DNA of 64,000 nucleotides from Lama guanicoe (lineage: Eukaryota), in NCBI GenBank assembly GCA_013239625.1, contig MU053810.1, positions 4,868,071 to 4,932,070 on the forward strand, in the 5' to 3' direction. The notes under the pieces were generated by a model. That model made no database searches. It worked only from the letters and a program-made list of their open reading frames with translations, and was not told the DNA's origin. This document shows positions 39,773-53,560 of the stretch, in pieces. The first letter of the stretch is position 1; each line of letters opens with the position of its first letter. The position numbers and the translations under genes were made by a program.

Positions 39773-40578
39773 TTACCTCCCCATGTTTTCTTAAAAAAGC
39801 AACATAAAATGATGCTTAACTGCAACAAGTAAGCCAAGATTCTTTCAATGAAGTGGTAAACACATATCCTGACTCTGGATGCTAAAGTCATCATTAAGGG
39901 GGGGGTTGATGAACTCAAACACATTTTGCTTATTCCATAACACAACCACCACCACAGTCGTGGTTTCCACTTACTAGCAATGTTCTGTACGTAAATTACG
40001 ACGCTAAATACTATACATACCTGAAGCTAATTTCCTCAGCAAGTATTACTACCACCAGTGAATAAAAGAGGACGCTGAGGCTCAGAGAGATTACATAAAT
40101 CCTCCAAGGTCACACAGCTAGATTACACCGGTGGTACCCCTTCTGCTGCTTTTTAACACTGCGTGGTGTTAAGCATTAAGTCATGATGCTAAACGAAACA
40201 TACTTCTTTCCCTTTAGGGACTCTGGAGGGAGACAGACACTTGAACAAACAGTAACACTGCAGTATAAAAAGCAGAGACAGATGCAACACACAATCATGG
40301 TGATGCGGAGCACGTGATCAGATCTGAAAGTCAGTATTTCACACATTGCTATCCACGGATCATCGGCGTTAACAGCTAAGGTGCTTGCTAAAGATCAACG
40401 ATTTGGGATTCAGTCAGGAATCTGCCTTGCAAACAAGTTGCCAGATGGTCCTTCTATACTAACATTTGGGAACAACTGACAGTTTGAATACACAGAAGTC
40501 CAAGAATGAGTCACAGATGAGAGGACATTTAAACTTAAGTGCTAAGCACCAAGTACTGAGAGGGGACAAACAAGTAGA

Positions 40579-40726
40579 CAGTGGTTCTCAAAGTGTGGTC
40601 CCCAGACCAGCAGCACTGATATAACCAGGGAGTGTGCTGGAAGTGCAGATCTGTGCACTCCACCCTAGATCTACTGAATCAGAGACTGATGTGACCGTGA
40701 TGCACACTCAAGTCTGAGAATCGCTG
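40579..40726 (+). mobile_element. MER5A-like hAT MITE
   Basis: Termini cagtggttctcaaagtgtggtcccc...tgagaatcgctg. Confidence 0.75.
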
Positions 40727-43700
40727 AAACAGAAGACACAGCCCTCATTCTTAAAGAAGAAGATAACCGAGAAAATAAGGCATGTATCTGTATGAAGTAA
40801 TTTACTCACACTTGTTAAACTGCCAAGTTTGGCAGAATGTAAGAATATGACTGAATGTCAAATATAAAGAATCCATAATTACTGCCATATAAAACCAAAG
40901 TTTTATCCAGGTGTATTACAAAGGCGGCTCAACAGAAGTAGAAACTAATGAAGGAACATCTATCAGCAACTCTCTCACATATTTAGCTATTTACTCTGAA
41001 AAGAAAGCCTCTAAATGTAGTAAAATGGCCAACTCTACTCAAAACGCGGAAACTGACTGCATTTTAGAAGCCAGGAGACACGGATCCAAAGCCTTGCTTT
41101 GCCACTTGATAGTCCAACTGCAATTAAATAAAACTTTTTGCTTAAGTGAATTTTTACCTTTATAGTACAGAGATAATTATTCTATGCTTTTGCATTCCTG
41201 AAGTTTCTATGAAGACTCAATAACACGAGAAAGCGCTCAGCACAGCAGTAACTGGAGCAGTTCCTCAGTAAATGTGTATTTCCACTCTCCGTGGTGCTTC
41301 CATGAAGACTAGGGTCATGTTTTTGTTTTCAAAAATTGAAAACTTGAAAGAAAATAAAAACACATCTGCAAAGTACCTATTATATGACTTTAAAAACGAT
41401 AAATGTATCTATCAGATATCTTCCCAAGGAAATTCTACATGGTTTTCTATGTTGAGATGACATGAAAGTATAATAAATCCTTTTGTCTCTCTAAGTAGCT
41501 TGACAGACAGCCCCGACTGCTTTCTCCATGAGGCCTGGAGGAGAAAGAGAACTAATACTAGTTAAATCCCTAACACAAGGAAGGATACCCTGATTCTTAA
41601 GACATGCTTGCTGAAGTACTCAGGGACTAATTGTAATCATTACATTATCATAGTTCAGTATTATATTAGTACATTTCTACTATTATAATGATGATGATAT
41701 CTGAACCTTAATTTTCAGATGGTTTTGGGGAAAAAATAAACCAAGATACCCACACACCCAGACACACATATGGATGGTCAGATAAAGCAAATATATATTC
41801 AATGTGTTATTTGTTGAATCCAGGTGGACCAAACTATTTGTGATACTTTGAAAATCGTAATAAAACGCTCTGTATGTTCCAGGCTTTATTTTTCTTCACA
41901 GAACTTGTCATCCACTACTTAAAATGACATGTTGGTTGCTTGTCTTTTATACTAAAATGAAGAGAAGAGATTTTTGTCTTGTTCACTGATACTCAAAGCA
42001 CCCAGAACAACGCTTGGCACAGAACAGGCATTCGTTAAGTCATTATTCAGTAAACGAGCAAATTTATTATTTGATTATTACATCAATCCTTCAAGAGAGG
42101 CATTATGATCCTAATACTACCATTGCACAAGGAAGAAACAGACCAAGTAACTTACGAAGAGGCAGAGCAGGGATTTGAACCCGGGTCCGCATCCAAGCAT
42201 GGTGTTCCCTGACACTTCCAAAGTGACTGAACTACTCATTCAGTTGTCAAGCTTTACTGAATGCAAGCAGACAGTCCACTCACAGCTAATTTAAAAGGGA
42301 AGTTTCTTTTCAATGTGAGTCACTTAAAAGGCAAATACTTAATTCCAATCAAGTTGGTAATCAGGCTAGGTCCTTAAGTAGCCAGCTCAACATTTACAAC
42401 AGCTGGTGTTTGAGAAAAACCATCTTATTTTTTCCTGGCTGGAGATTTGAAGGTTGAATAAGCTTTGTTGTGCCAAGTCATTGCTTTCATGGAAAGATTT
42501 ATATAATAAAGGGGGAGAGCACTTTCTTTTATTAATGTCTTTTAGATCACTATATCCCAAAGGTGATTATACCATACTTATATTTAAAAATACAAAGTAT
42601 AAATAAATGAGCATTAATGAATTCTACCAAATAATAAAAAGCTGGCTGGGTAGCAAATGTAGTGACTTGTAAAAATTCTGATAAGACATGTCACTTATGC
42701 AGAACAAATGTAGTCCAAAATAATTCTGTTTTAATTTCCATGAAGGAAATACTAATTTTTGCAATGACCACCATTATAAAATCGAAGAGACTTTGTCACT
42801 GACAAATCTTTCAGTACATTGTGCCTGAAAACACACGAAAATGAAATAGACTAAAAGAAGGGCCAATCTGACAGCAAGCACTCTTACACCTGCTGAGAAG
42901 CTGTTCTCTGATTCTTCTTGTTCACACTCCTTCCGGGACTTTTTTCTAAAATTCTGACTTGCTGTTAATACTACCTAGATGTTAACCAATTCCTTCTGGA
43001 CAACAGAAAATTTTCCCATAGGTATCTTTTAATTACAGGCAGGTTTAACTAAGAAATACCCCTCCTCTTCAATTTCCATATTTCTTGACACTTAAAAGTC
43101 TTGTGTTAAACTCGCGGTTCATTAACTGTAAGAGTGTCTTCTTTTTAATATATGCTGTCTGCAAAGCCACTGGAACTGGAAATCATAAGTAACAGATTTA
43201 AAGTGTGTGTTATTCAATCTCTTATGCCTCTAGTTTTTTAAAGTCAATTTCTAGATATGCAGAACTAAAATTCCGATCATGAATTGTGGCAATTCTTCAG
43301 GAAAAAACTGATTCCTTACTTCCTTCCCTGTAGGATCTTTCGGCAGAGACAAATGGCTTCCCTGGCAGTTCTTAGTAAAAAGCTTCTTTCAGTTAGCTCT
43401 ACATCTGTATGGTATAATTTCTCAATTTCTTGAGAACACTTTAGGACAGGTTTCAAAGAACTGCCAAATAACTTGAATATTCAAGTGTCATTTCCTTCAC
43501 TTTATCAAAGGAAAAGGGAAATGTGTCTTGTTAGCACACACACATGTAATTAAATCTTTCTGTACTTGAGAAAAGGAAGTCAAAAGACAAGGATCTTACA
43601 TGGATGAGAATGGCTAAAATGACCAGGTACCCACTTTATGCCATTTAGCATACAATCAGTAAAGACTTTAAACAAGAAAATATAAAAAGCATATATGAGT

Positions 43701-43889
43701 TTACTTGAAACTGAATGTTACCCTTTGAAATCAGAAAGAATACACATACTTTTCATTCTAGTAAATACAATCAGTTGGGGAAAAAATAATTCAACCAAAA
43801 GAAATAATAATAATATGTAGGTAGCAGCTGCCATCCAAATGCTGGATGAACATCCAGGTGATGTGGTATCTAGTCTCCATATCCTGTGT

Positions 43890-44220
43890 AAATGCAGTAG
43901 GTAACAGCCTGAGCCCCCAAACCAGATTATATGGTTTAAAATCCCAGTTCTACCACTTACTTTCCAAGTAGGGTAACTGGATTTTGCAAAAAATTATTAT
44001 CTACCAGAAATTCAAATTTAATTGGGCATCCTGTATTTTATCTGGCAACCTCATCCTCAAGTGATTTTAGACAAATGATTTACTTGTGCCCCAGTTAACG
44101 CAGCTGAAAAATGAGGATGGTGATCATTTACTTTTACTGGCTGGTCTGTTGTGACGATTAGAAGAGAGAATCCATTAAAATACTTATATAACGCCTGGTA
44201 CCAGAGAGTATTTAGTAACT
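43890..44220 (+). mobile_element. MIR interrupted by a MER53-like MITE (~43969-44053)
   Basis: MIR core split by tagggtaactggatttt...gggcatcctgtattttatctggcaacc. Confidence 0.6.
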
Positions 44221-44343
44221 GCTAGTCTGATGACAAACCTTCAGAAGGTTTACATCTAGATCAGGGGTGACTGAGGCCAGGGGACACAGCGCTTGCCCCT
44301 TTGCCAGTGCTGGATTAGGTACTGCTTCAAAGAGTAACTACAC

Positions 44344-44501
44344 TGTATAGCACAGGGAAACATACACAAGATCTTATGGTAGCTCACAGAGAAAAAATGT
44401 CACAATGAATATATATGTCCATGTATAACTGAAAAATTGTGCTCTACACTGGAATTTGACACATTGTAAAATGATTATAAATCAATAAAAAATGTAAAAA
44501 A
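44344..44501 (+). mobile_element. 5'-truncated young L1 3' end with 15-bp TSD
   Basis: TSD aaagagtaactacac at 44329-44343 and 44502-44516; AATAAA and A tail. Confidence 0.9.
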
Positions 44502-45055
44502 AAAGAGTAACTACACAAACTTAACTGGCATACAGTAGGGGGAGCCAGAGAGCAGAAATCAAAGCCCAAAGAACACTGAAGGAAAGAAGGTAGAAAAAGA
44601 AAGACTGTGCTAAAAAATGTCCCTCAGCTCTGACAGGTACTGCACATCTGTCTTCAGAGAGGCTGGGGTCTAAGAGCCAGAGTGCTCTAGTGACCTTTTT
44701 CTTTGGAGAATGCTAAAAAAATTTGAAATATTAAGTCTACAAAGCAAGCAGGACTAAAAAGCAAACAGATTATTTTCAGAAACAACATATTCTGAATGCT
44801 ACCAGTTACAAAAAAGACCCTGTAATGAAGATACACAGAGAAATAAACAGGTATAGATCAGGGAATCCTATAATTCTAGGGACGAGAGAAATGTATTTTT
44901 TAATAGTTAAAAAAAATTTGAAATAAACAAACAAAAATACCATCTTACATTTTAACCAAAATCAAAGCAGCAGAAAATAGTTATCACAGAGACTGAAGGT
45001 TTTTTTAAAAAAATTTTCCTTCTCTTTGAGTTTTCATAGATACTACTGAACAACT

Positions 45056-45316
45056 TTTTTTTAATTGAAGTAGTCAGTTTACAGTGTTGTCAATTTCTGG
45101 TGTACAGCATAATGTTTCAGTCATACATATACATATATATTCATTTTCATATTTTCATTATAAGTTACTAGAAGATATTGAATACAGTTCCCTGTGCTGT
45201 ACAGTATAAACTTGTTGTTTATCTGTTTTATATATAGCAGTTAGTATCTGCAAATCTCGAACTCCCAATTCTTCCCTTCCCACTCCTTTTACCCCCTGGT
45301 ACCCCCTAAGTTTGTT
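45056..45316 (-). mobile_element. L1 3' end
   Basis: tttttttaattgaagtagtcagtttacagtg...ttccctgtgctgtacag. Confidence 0.85.
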
Positions 45317-45683
45317 AACAATTTCTTTAATGGAACCAAATCTTCTCTGTTTTTATAATGATAGTTATTATTTTTAAGTATTTTAAATTGGTTTCTTTGC
45401 TGTAAAAACAAACAAAAAACCCCAAACAACCCCTCTACCTCTACAATAGAAAAGACTGTTGAAATTAATCTGTGCTTCATATGAACGTTAGATAAGCCTT
45501 GCAAGGCACGTGCTCTGAACAAAAGCAGGAAGCTAAAGAGGTCATACAATGTAGCACTAAAGCTCCAGGCATTATTTAAAGAAACTCAATTAAATAGCTT
45601 ATTGAAATTAATATCTATTTTTCAGACCAAAAATAATTGAAACCAAATATAGAATGAGACACATAGATATCAAAGTTAAATCT

Positions 45684-45831
45684 GTAGCACAGGGAACTAT
45701 GTTCAATATCTTGCAGTAACCTTTAACAAAAGAATAGGAAAGCGAATATATGTATGTATATGCGTGACTGGGACATTGTGCTGTGCACCAGAAATTGATA
45801 CACTGTAACTGACTGCACTTCAATGAAAAGA
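45684..45831 (+). mobile_element. L1 3' end with near-TSD
   Basis: gtagcacagggaactatgttcaatatc...; flanks aaagttaaatct and aaagttatatct. Confidence 0.8.
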
Positions 45832-48254
45832 AAAGTTATATCTAAAAAATGAAAAATGATCTTTCTTTCTCTTTAAGGGGTCATAGACTGCCACAGAAAA
45901 ACAGGGCATGGAGAAGCATTTATTGAGCAAAAGGCAAAAAACAAACAGAAGGAGTAATAAGCACCAAATCCAGACTAGTGGTGACCTCTGGGGGAAGAGA
46001 ACAGGGAACGAGTGGTAGAGAAGGGCTTCAACCATATTTATAATCATCTATGTTGGGGGGTTCAGAGCGGGGAGGGAAAGAGGGAGAGATGGGGATGTAA
46101 AAATGTTAAGATGACAAAGAGAGGTGGCAAGCAGTTGGAAATTACATTTTTCCCCTTTATGTTTGCCTGAAATATTTCATAGAGGTTCTTTATTGCTGAA
46201 AACAGGCTTCTAATTTTTATTGAGGGGTTTGGTTTGCTAGTGGCATACAAAACTATCTGAAGAGCCCAACAGAGATACATCATCAAACATCAAAAATCTA
46301 GATGTATCATATGATAAATACATCCTATATGGTAATTAAGTAGACTCCAATATAGGAAGACTGGCAACGGCAGAGTACTGGGCAGAAGCACACACACACA
46401 AAAAAACCCCAAAGCAAAAAACAAAAAACCAACCAAACAAACAAACAAAAAACCCACAGCTTTTTAAACCTAGGTGTCGCCAAATTTCCACTTAAGATGC
46501 TCTCATCTCCAAAGTCACAGACAGCACTTTAAAATTCTATCTCCCAAGCCTCCAATCTTTGACCTTCAAACTCAAAATTCCAATAACCTCTAGACAATGT
46601 CAGTAGAAAGTCACCTGTCAGGCCTCAATCACATTTCAACTGTTATAAGCAAACACATACTTGCTACTCAACCTCATCTTCAAGTAGTATCAGATAGAAC
46701 AAAGTGAAGTAAGGAAATCTGCTAAATACTAAAAAGCAGATCACATTCTAACTTAATCATGACAAACTTTCTTCCAGCCCAAACCCATCTATTGTGGGGG
46801 GTTTACTTTTTGGTGTGGAAAATGTCCAGCATAAACAAAAGTGGAGAAAAACAGCAAAATAAATCCCCAAGAACATAATTTAAATAATTATTAAAAATCT
46901 GTCATCTTGTTTCATTTATACTCACATTTTTTTCCAAGTATTTTTAAAGCAAATCCCAGGTATCATGTCCATTCACTCATAAATTCTTTAAATACTTCAG
47001 TATGCATCACTAACAAAGAAGAACTTTTACTTCTTCTTAAAGAGAACAAAATCCTGTTCACAGTTTTCCATATTATGTGGTGTCCTGCACAATGTGGATC
47101 ATATAAACTGACAACAAAGGCAAGCTTTCCTTCTCTTTTCATCTTCCTAAAAGCATACCTGGCACTAATGAAAAGCAGTATTTCATGACATAGAAATGGT
47201 AGCACCAAAAGCTGTGAAACAAATTTAGAAAGGTCTCATATGTGTAATCACAATAGAAGCCCAAAATTAAGTTCTGGAACAAGTTTCCTGCTCTTGATGG
47301 AATGCTCTGCCTACGTATTCAAATTCAGTGAGGTCATACATGCAAGAGAACACGCGCTGTATGAAAATCTAGGGCACACAGAATAGTGTCTGACATTTAG
47401 TGGGTGCTCAATGAATATTTACTGCTAGTAAATTAAAGTCCTGGTAAATGCCAATAGCAAGGCTGCTCAAAACCAACTCGGAGACTTGTTTCAGGACCTC
47501 AAATAGAAGGAAAATGCTGCCACTTAATTGTAATTGGAGTACAATACCACTAGGTGTCAGACGTGAACCAGAACTTTTCCGGCACCATCAACTATGTAGG
47601 CAAGGAAGACTCCGGAGGGTGTTATTCATTCAACAAATATTTACTGGGCTCCTACGAAGTGCCAGGAGCTGATTACCCTACAACGGACAAAACAGTCCTG
47701 GGATCTGTCTTCTGGAGTACCTGAAGTTTATGCAGCACCGTTTTTTCTCTCTCTAAACCTCCAGGAATTTCACAAAGTATGTATCACGTGTGGATTCACA
47801 GCCCTGCTATTCCAGTTGTGCTAGATTTTAAGTTCTATGCAAACCCAGAAAAATTTGTTGCAGGGCTCTAACCAGGGGCAACTATCTTTCCATCTCTGAC
47901 CTCACCACTGCCCGACCCTTTAACTGATTAAACCTGCCACTCATCTTTCTCGAGACCTTCCAATCAATCCCTTTAGTCCTCTCTGCTCTTCAAGACTATA
48001 GGTCTCCCAGAAATCACTTTCTCACTAAGGTTGCCCACAGATCAGTATTATAGCCACATTCACAAACAACCTCAACTTCTCTTCCCCCTTGAACTTTCAA
48101 AGCATTCCACTTGCCCACGTCCAACCATGGAGAATTCCAACCAGACCCCCTCCTCTGAGATTTCAGCAGGGTAAAACTCCATAACCCCGATTTAGAGTTT
48201 CCAAGCTCAGCAAAGTGCTTGACACTACTCACTCAAGCCTGCTGCTTGTATTTT

Positions 48255-48998
48255 TTTTAATTGAAGTATAGTCAGTTATAATGTGTCGATTTCTGATTGT
48301 ACAGCATAATGTCCCAGTCATGCATATACATATATATATTCATTTTCATATTCCTTTTCATTAAAGGTTATTGCAAGATATTGAATATAGTTCCCTGTGC
48401 TATAAAGAATTTTTTAAACCTATTTTTATATATAGTGGCTAACATTTGTAAATCTCAAACTCCCTAATTTATCCTTTTCCACCTCCTTTCCCTCAGTAAC
48501 CATACGATTGTTTACTATGTCTGAGTCTGTTTCTGTTTTGTAGATGAGTTCATTAGTGTCCTCTTTTTTTCTTTTTTTAGATTCCACATATGAGTGATAT
48601 CATATGGTATTTTTCTTTCTTTTTCTGGCTTACTTCCCTTAGTATGACAAGCTCCAGGTTCATCCATGTTGCTGCAAATGGCGTTTTCTTTTTTATGGCT
48701 GCGTAGTATTCCATTGTATAAATATACCACACCTTCTTTACCCAGTCATCTGTTGATGGACATTTAGGTTGTTTCCATGTCTTGGTTATTGTATATAGTG
48801 CTGCTATGAACACTGGGGTGCATGTGTCTTTTCAAATTAGCGTTCCCTCCAGATATATGCCCAGGAGTAGGATTGCTGGATCCTATGGTAAGTCTATTTT
48901 TAGTTTTTAAGGAATCTCCATACTGTTTTCCATAATGGCTGCACCAAAGTACACTCCCACCAGCAGCGTAGGAGGGTTCCCTTTTCTCCACACCCTTT
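48255..48998 (-). mobile_element. 5'-truncated L1 (ORF2 C-terminus + 3'UTR) with 17-bp TSD
   Basis: ORF2 remnant MFIAALYTITKTWKQPKCPSTDDW; TSD cctgctgcttgtatttt at 48238-48254 and 48999-49015; TT/AAAA site. Confidence 0.92.
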
Positions 48999-49280
48999 CC
49001 TGCTGCTTGTATTTTAATTTCCATTCCCTCACGGATGCTGTTTCCAGCTTCTAATAACCTTCTTGGACTTGCTATTCCATCTGGATTTTCTATTTGGATG
49101 ACTTTGTCTTTTACTTTCACTGTATCTCAACTGCTGTATCCTCAATTTTTTTTCCTCAAACCTTTGCCTATCCTTACTTCCCTCAGTTCTATCTCAAGTG
49201 AGGACTAGTTACCAGCCTTCCTCAGGGCCTTGCTCCCCAAATGGTCTCTGAGTATAAAATTTCAGTGAGGGGGGTGGAGT

Positions 49281-49372
49281 GTGGAAGGGTATAGCTCAGT
49301 GGTAGAGCACATGCTTAGCATGCACAAGGTCCTGGGTTCAATCTCCAGTACCTCTATTAAAAACAAACAAAC
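49281..49372 (+). mobile_element. tRNA-derived SINE (vic-1-like)
   Basis: gggtatagctcagtggtagagcacatgcttagcatgcacaaggtcctgggttcaatc. Confidence 0.88.
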
Positions 49373-49639
49373 TTTAGCCAAACTCTCTTCTCTCCAGATC
49401 TCACAACATACGAAAAGCTTCCCCACCTTAAGAGAACAACAAATCTTTTCCCTACCGTTCCCCACAGGTATCATCTCTCATGCTTCATCCCTTCATTTTC
49501 ATACTCCTTGAAGAACAGTCTAAGCTCACCCTCATTTCTGTGCTTCTAATTCAGGGTTTCTCAGACATTGACAAGTATCCCCTGGGGGCAGAACTGCCTG
49601 CCCATCCACCCAACTCCCAGCCATTCCTCACTCTAATTT

Positions 49640-50760
49640 ATGTTGCAAGCCACCGATACTGGGTTTCCTGATCCCCTCTGCCCACTGTACTGAAACTGTT
49701 CCTGGTAACTTTACCAATTTGCTACTTATCAGCTCATGTCCAATCGTGTCTTTTTAGTCCCCATTCTAAGGACAAATGACAAGTCATCCACCTCTTAATT
49801 AGCAAGTCATTGACTCCGCCTGGTTGTCCTCATAAATCTTCCAAGTCTTACTCTCAGATCCCCTTTCTGAGCCTTCTTTCTCTGACTGACAGATGTTGTC
49901 TTCCCTACGGTTCTATCTACGCATATGTTTTCATGCTCTGTGTGTATGTATGTTTCATTTATGCCTAGGACTTAATTATAGCATTTATAATGGTGACTTC
50001 CAAATCTATTTTCAACCCCCATCTCTCTCTGTGACCTCCACATTCCAGTGTTTAACCAGGTTCTGAACATTCTACCAGCATCAGAAATGTAAACCATTCC
50101 AAACTAGACTCATTTCCCCAGAAGGAGGTAGCTGTGTTTTCCTTCCAGTAACCCTCAGGTAATGCTACCTCCACTTATCCACTCTTCATGCCAGAAAATC
50201 CATGCAGAATCCTCCTCAAGTCATTTTTAACTGGTGACACATTATCTACCCGCAAGTCCTACCACCAAATCTGGACAAATACAACTTCTAAGTATCTCAG
50301 AAATCTGTTCTGGAATGCTGTTTCTCCTTTGTCCTGATGAAACCCTATTCAGCACAAGGCACATTCCGTCTGAGAAGCCTTCCCCGGTGGTAAGATGATT
50401 CACTGTGCTGTGACCCTGCCACAATTGTAGTTGTCTCTGTTTCTCCACTATGTCATTCTTTTACACCTTCACCTTCCACTGTCCTATATAAATGTTCACT
50501 ATATATGCCAGAAGCTATTCTGAGTTTAAAGAAAAGAAGTAAAAAACAAAGAAAACTTCCCACTCTCTTATCCAACTGAGGTAGAAAAATGTTCAACAAG
50601 AAGTAAGTAGTATGAGAGCTGGTGAAAAGTGTTACGGAGAGTAATAAACATCGTGAGAAGGGGAGGGAGGGTGAGAGGCAGGGCTGGGATACTGTTTTTA
50701 GGAAATGGTCAGGGAAGTCATCTCGAGCAGGTGACATCTGAACCACTACCTAAAGGAAGT
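49640..50760. mobile_element. L2 remnants (both orientations)
   Basis: gacttccaaatctatt...; ggtcagggaagtcatctc...aggtgacatctgaac; boundaries approximate. Confidence 0.5.
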
Positions 50761-50959
50761 GAGATTAAGGGTCACACTGCTCCCTTCCCAGCAGTTAGTT
50801 CAGTGACTGGCTCACAGCAGTGACTCAACAAATGCTCACTGAACAACAGGAAATAGATTTCTAGACTTCATGCATTTAGCATTCGCATGCAAATATTTCT
50901 CTTGTGGTTCTATACCAAAGATGAAAAGTTATCTGCTAAACTTCAAGAGCAGGTCTAAA

Positions 50960-52546
50960 TAGGGAAAGTAGAAGTAAAACTGTCACTGTTTACAAAAGAC
51001 ATGATACGATACATAGAAAACCCTAAAGAATCAACCAGAAACTACTAGAACTCATCAATGAATTTGGTAAAGTTGCAGGATACAAAATTAATATACAGAA
51101 ATCAGTCACATTTCTATACACTAACAACGAAATTGCAGAAAAAGAAATTAGGGAAACAATCTCATTTACCATCATACCAAAAAAGAATAAAATATCCAGG
51201 AATAAACCTACCCACGGAGGGCAAAGGACCTGAAAACTGAAAACTACAGGACACTGATGAAAGAAACTGAAGATGACATAAACAGATGGAAAGATATACC
51301 ATATTCTTGGATTGGAAGAATCAATATTGTTGAAGTGGCCAGGCTACCCAAGGCAATCTACAAATTCAATGCAATTCCCATCAAATTACCATTGACATTT
51401 TTTACAGAGCTGGAACAAAAAAATGTTAAAATTTGTATAAGACCCTGAATAGCCAAAACAGTCTTAAAAAAGGAGAACAGATCTAGGGCAATCAGGCGCC
51501 CTGACTTCGATTATACTGCAAAGCTACAGTTATCAAAACAGTATGGTACTGGCACAAAAACAGACACATATATCAATGGAACAGGATAAAAAGTTCAGAA
51601 ACAAACCCACACACTTATGGTCAATTAATCTACAACAAATGAGGTAAAAATATACAGTGGAGAAAAAGACAGTATCTCTTCAACAAGTGATGCTGGGAAA
51701 ACTGGACAGCTACCTGTAAAAGACTGAAACTAGAACATTCTCTAACACCACATACAAAAATAAACTCAAAATGGATTAAAGACCTAAATATAAGACCAGG
51801 TACTATAAAACTCCTAGAGACATAGGCAGAACACTCTTTGAAATAAATGACAGCAATATTTTTTTCAAACCAGCTCCTAGAGTAATGGAAATAAAAGCAA
51901 AAATAAACAAATGGGATCTATTTAAACTTAAAAGCTTTTGTACAGCTAAGGATACCATCAAAAAGGTGAAAAGGCAACACACAGAATGGGAGAAAATATT
52001 TGCAAATGATGCGACCAACAAGCGACTAATTGCCAAAATATACAAACCGGTCATATAGGTTAGTATTAAAAAAAAAACAAGCAACCCAATCAAAAAATAA
52101 GCAGAATACTTAAACAGACATCTTTCCAAAGACATCCAGATGGCCAACAAGCATGAAAAGATGCTCAACATCACTAATTGTTAGAGAAATGCAAAACAAA
52201 ACTACAATGAGGTATCGCCTCACACCAGTCAGAATGGTCATCATTAAAAAGTCCACAAATGACAAATGCTGGAGAGGCTGTGGAGAAAAGGGAACCCTCC
52301 TACACTGCTGGTGGGAATGTAATTTGGTGCAACCACTATGGAGGACAGTATGGGGGTTTCTTAAAAAACTAAAAATAGACTTACCATAGGATCCAGCAAT
52401 CCCACTCCTGGGCATATACCTGGAGGAAACTATAATCCGAAAAGACATATGGACTCCAATGTTCACAGCAGCACTATTTACAACAGCCAAGACATGGATA
52501 CAACCCAAATGTCCATTGACAGATGACTGGACAAAGAGCTTGTGGT

Positions 52547-52584
<38 letters not shown>

Positions 52585-52985
52585 GAATACTATTCTGCCA
52601 CAAAAAAGAATAAAATAATGCCACTGGCATCAACATGCTTGGACCTGGAGATCGTCATTCTAAGTGAAGTAAGTCAGAAAGAGAAAGAAAAACACTATAT
52701 GATATCGCATACATGTGGAATCTAAAAAAATTTTAAAAAGGCACAAATGAACTTATCTACAAAACAGAAACAGACTCACAGACATAGAGAACAAACGTAC
52801 AGTGTCTAGGGAGGAAAAAGGATAAACTGGGAATTCAAAAATTGCACCTTTTGGGGAGGGATGGAAATGTTAGCTATCTTGATTGTGGTGGTGGCTTCAC
52901 TGGTGTATACATCTATCAAAATTCATCTAACTATACATCTAAAATGTGTGTAGTTTACTGTACAGGAATCATACCACAATAAAAG
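50960..52985 (+). mobile_element. L1 ORF2 3' half and 3'UTR, frameshifted and inactive
   Basis: ORF2 peptides [58 protein letters not shown]. Confidence 0.95.
52549..52581. repeat. (CA)n microsatellite inside L1
   Basis: Uninterrupted acacac... run of ~16 units. Confidence 0.95.
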
Positions 52986-53019
52986 CGTGTTTTTTTTTTA
53001 AGTGTACAAACTACCAAAA

Positions 53020-53560
53020 AAATCAATTGGTCACAGATGTTTGAGTTTCTATCTGGACTTTCAATTCTGTCACATGGGTCTATGTGCCTACCTAGTGCCA
53101 GTTTCACACTGTTTTGGTTACTGTAGCTTTGTGGTAAGTTTTGAAATTGGAAAATCTGTATACTTCAACTTTAGTCTTCTTTTCAATATTGTTTTGGCTA
53201 TTTGGGATTTCTTACAGTTATATATTAATTTGACGATTAGCTTTTCCATTTCTGCAAAAAGATGCCATTGAAAATTTGATGGGGATTGCACTGAATCTGT
53301 AGCTTGCTTTGAAAGGGAGTACTGCCATCTTAACAACATTGGGTCTTCTAATCAATGAACACTAAATATTTTTCCTTTTACTTAGGTCTTCTTTAATTTC
53401 TTTCAACAGTGCTCTCTAGTTTCTAGTGTACAAGTCTTACATCTTGTTAACTTTATTCCTAGGTATTTTATTTTTGGATGCTACTGTAAATGGAGCTGTT
53501 TCTTATTTTTGGTTTGTTCATTATCAGTGTAAAGAAATAAAACTAATTTTTGTGTGTTGG
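53020..53560 (-). mobile_element. Older L1 ORF2 fragment
   Basis: Minus-strand peptide FAEMEKLIVKLIYNCKKSQIAKTILKRR...PISKLTTKLQ. Confidence 0.85.

Noticed and set aside
49281..49372. tRNA-like sequences with A/B boxes (also ~819, 24400, 32700, 55600, 57859)
   Set aside because: Multi-copy, diverged and followed by A-rich tails; these are SINE heads, not tRNA genes.
51058..52725. ORFs of 60-156 aa in the L1 region
   Set aside because: Fragments or antisense frames of a disrupted L1 ORF2, not host genes.
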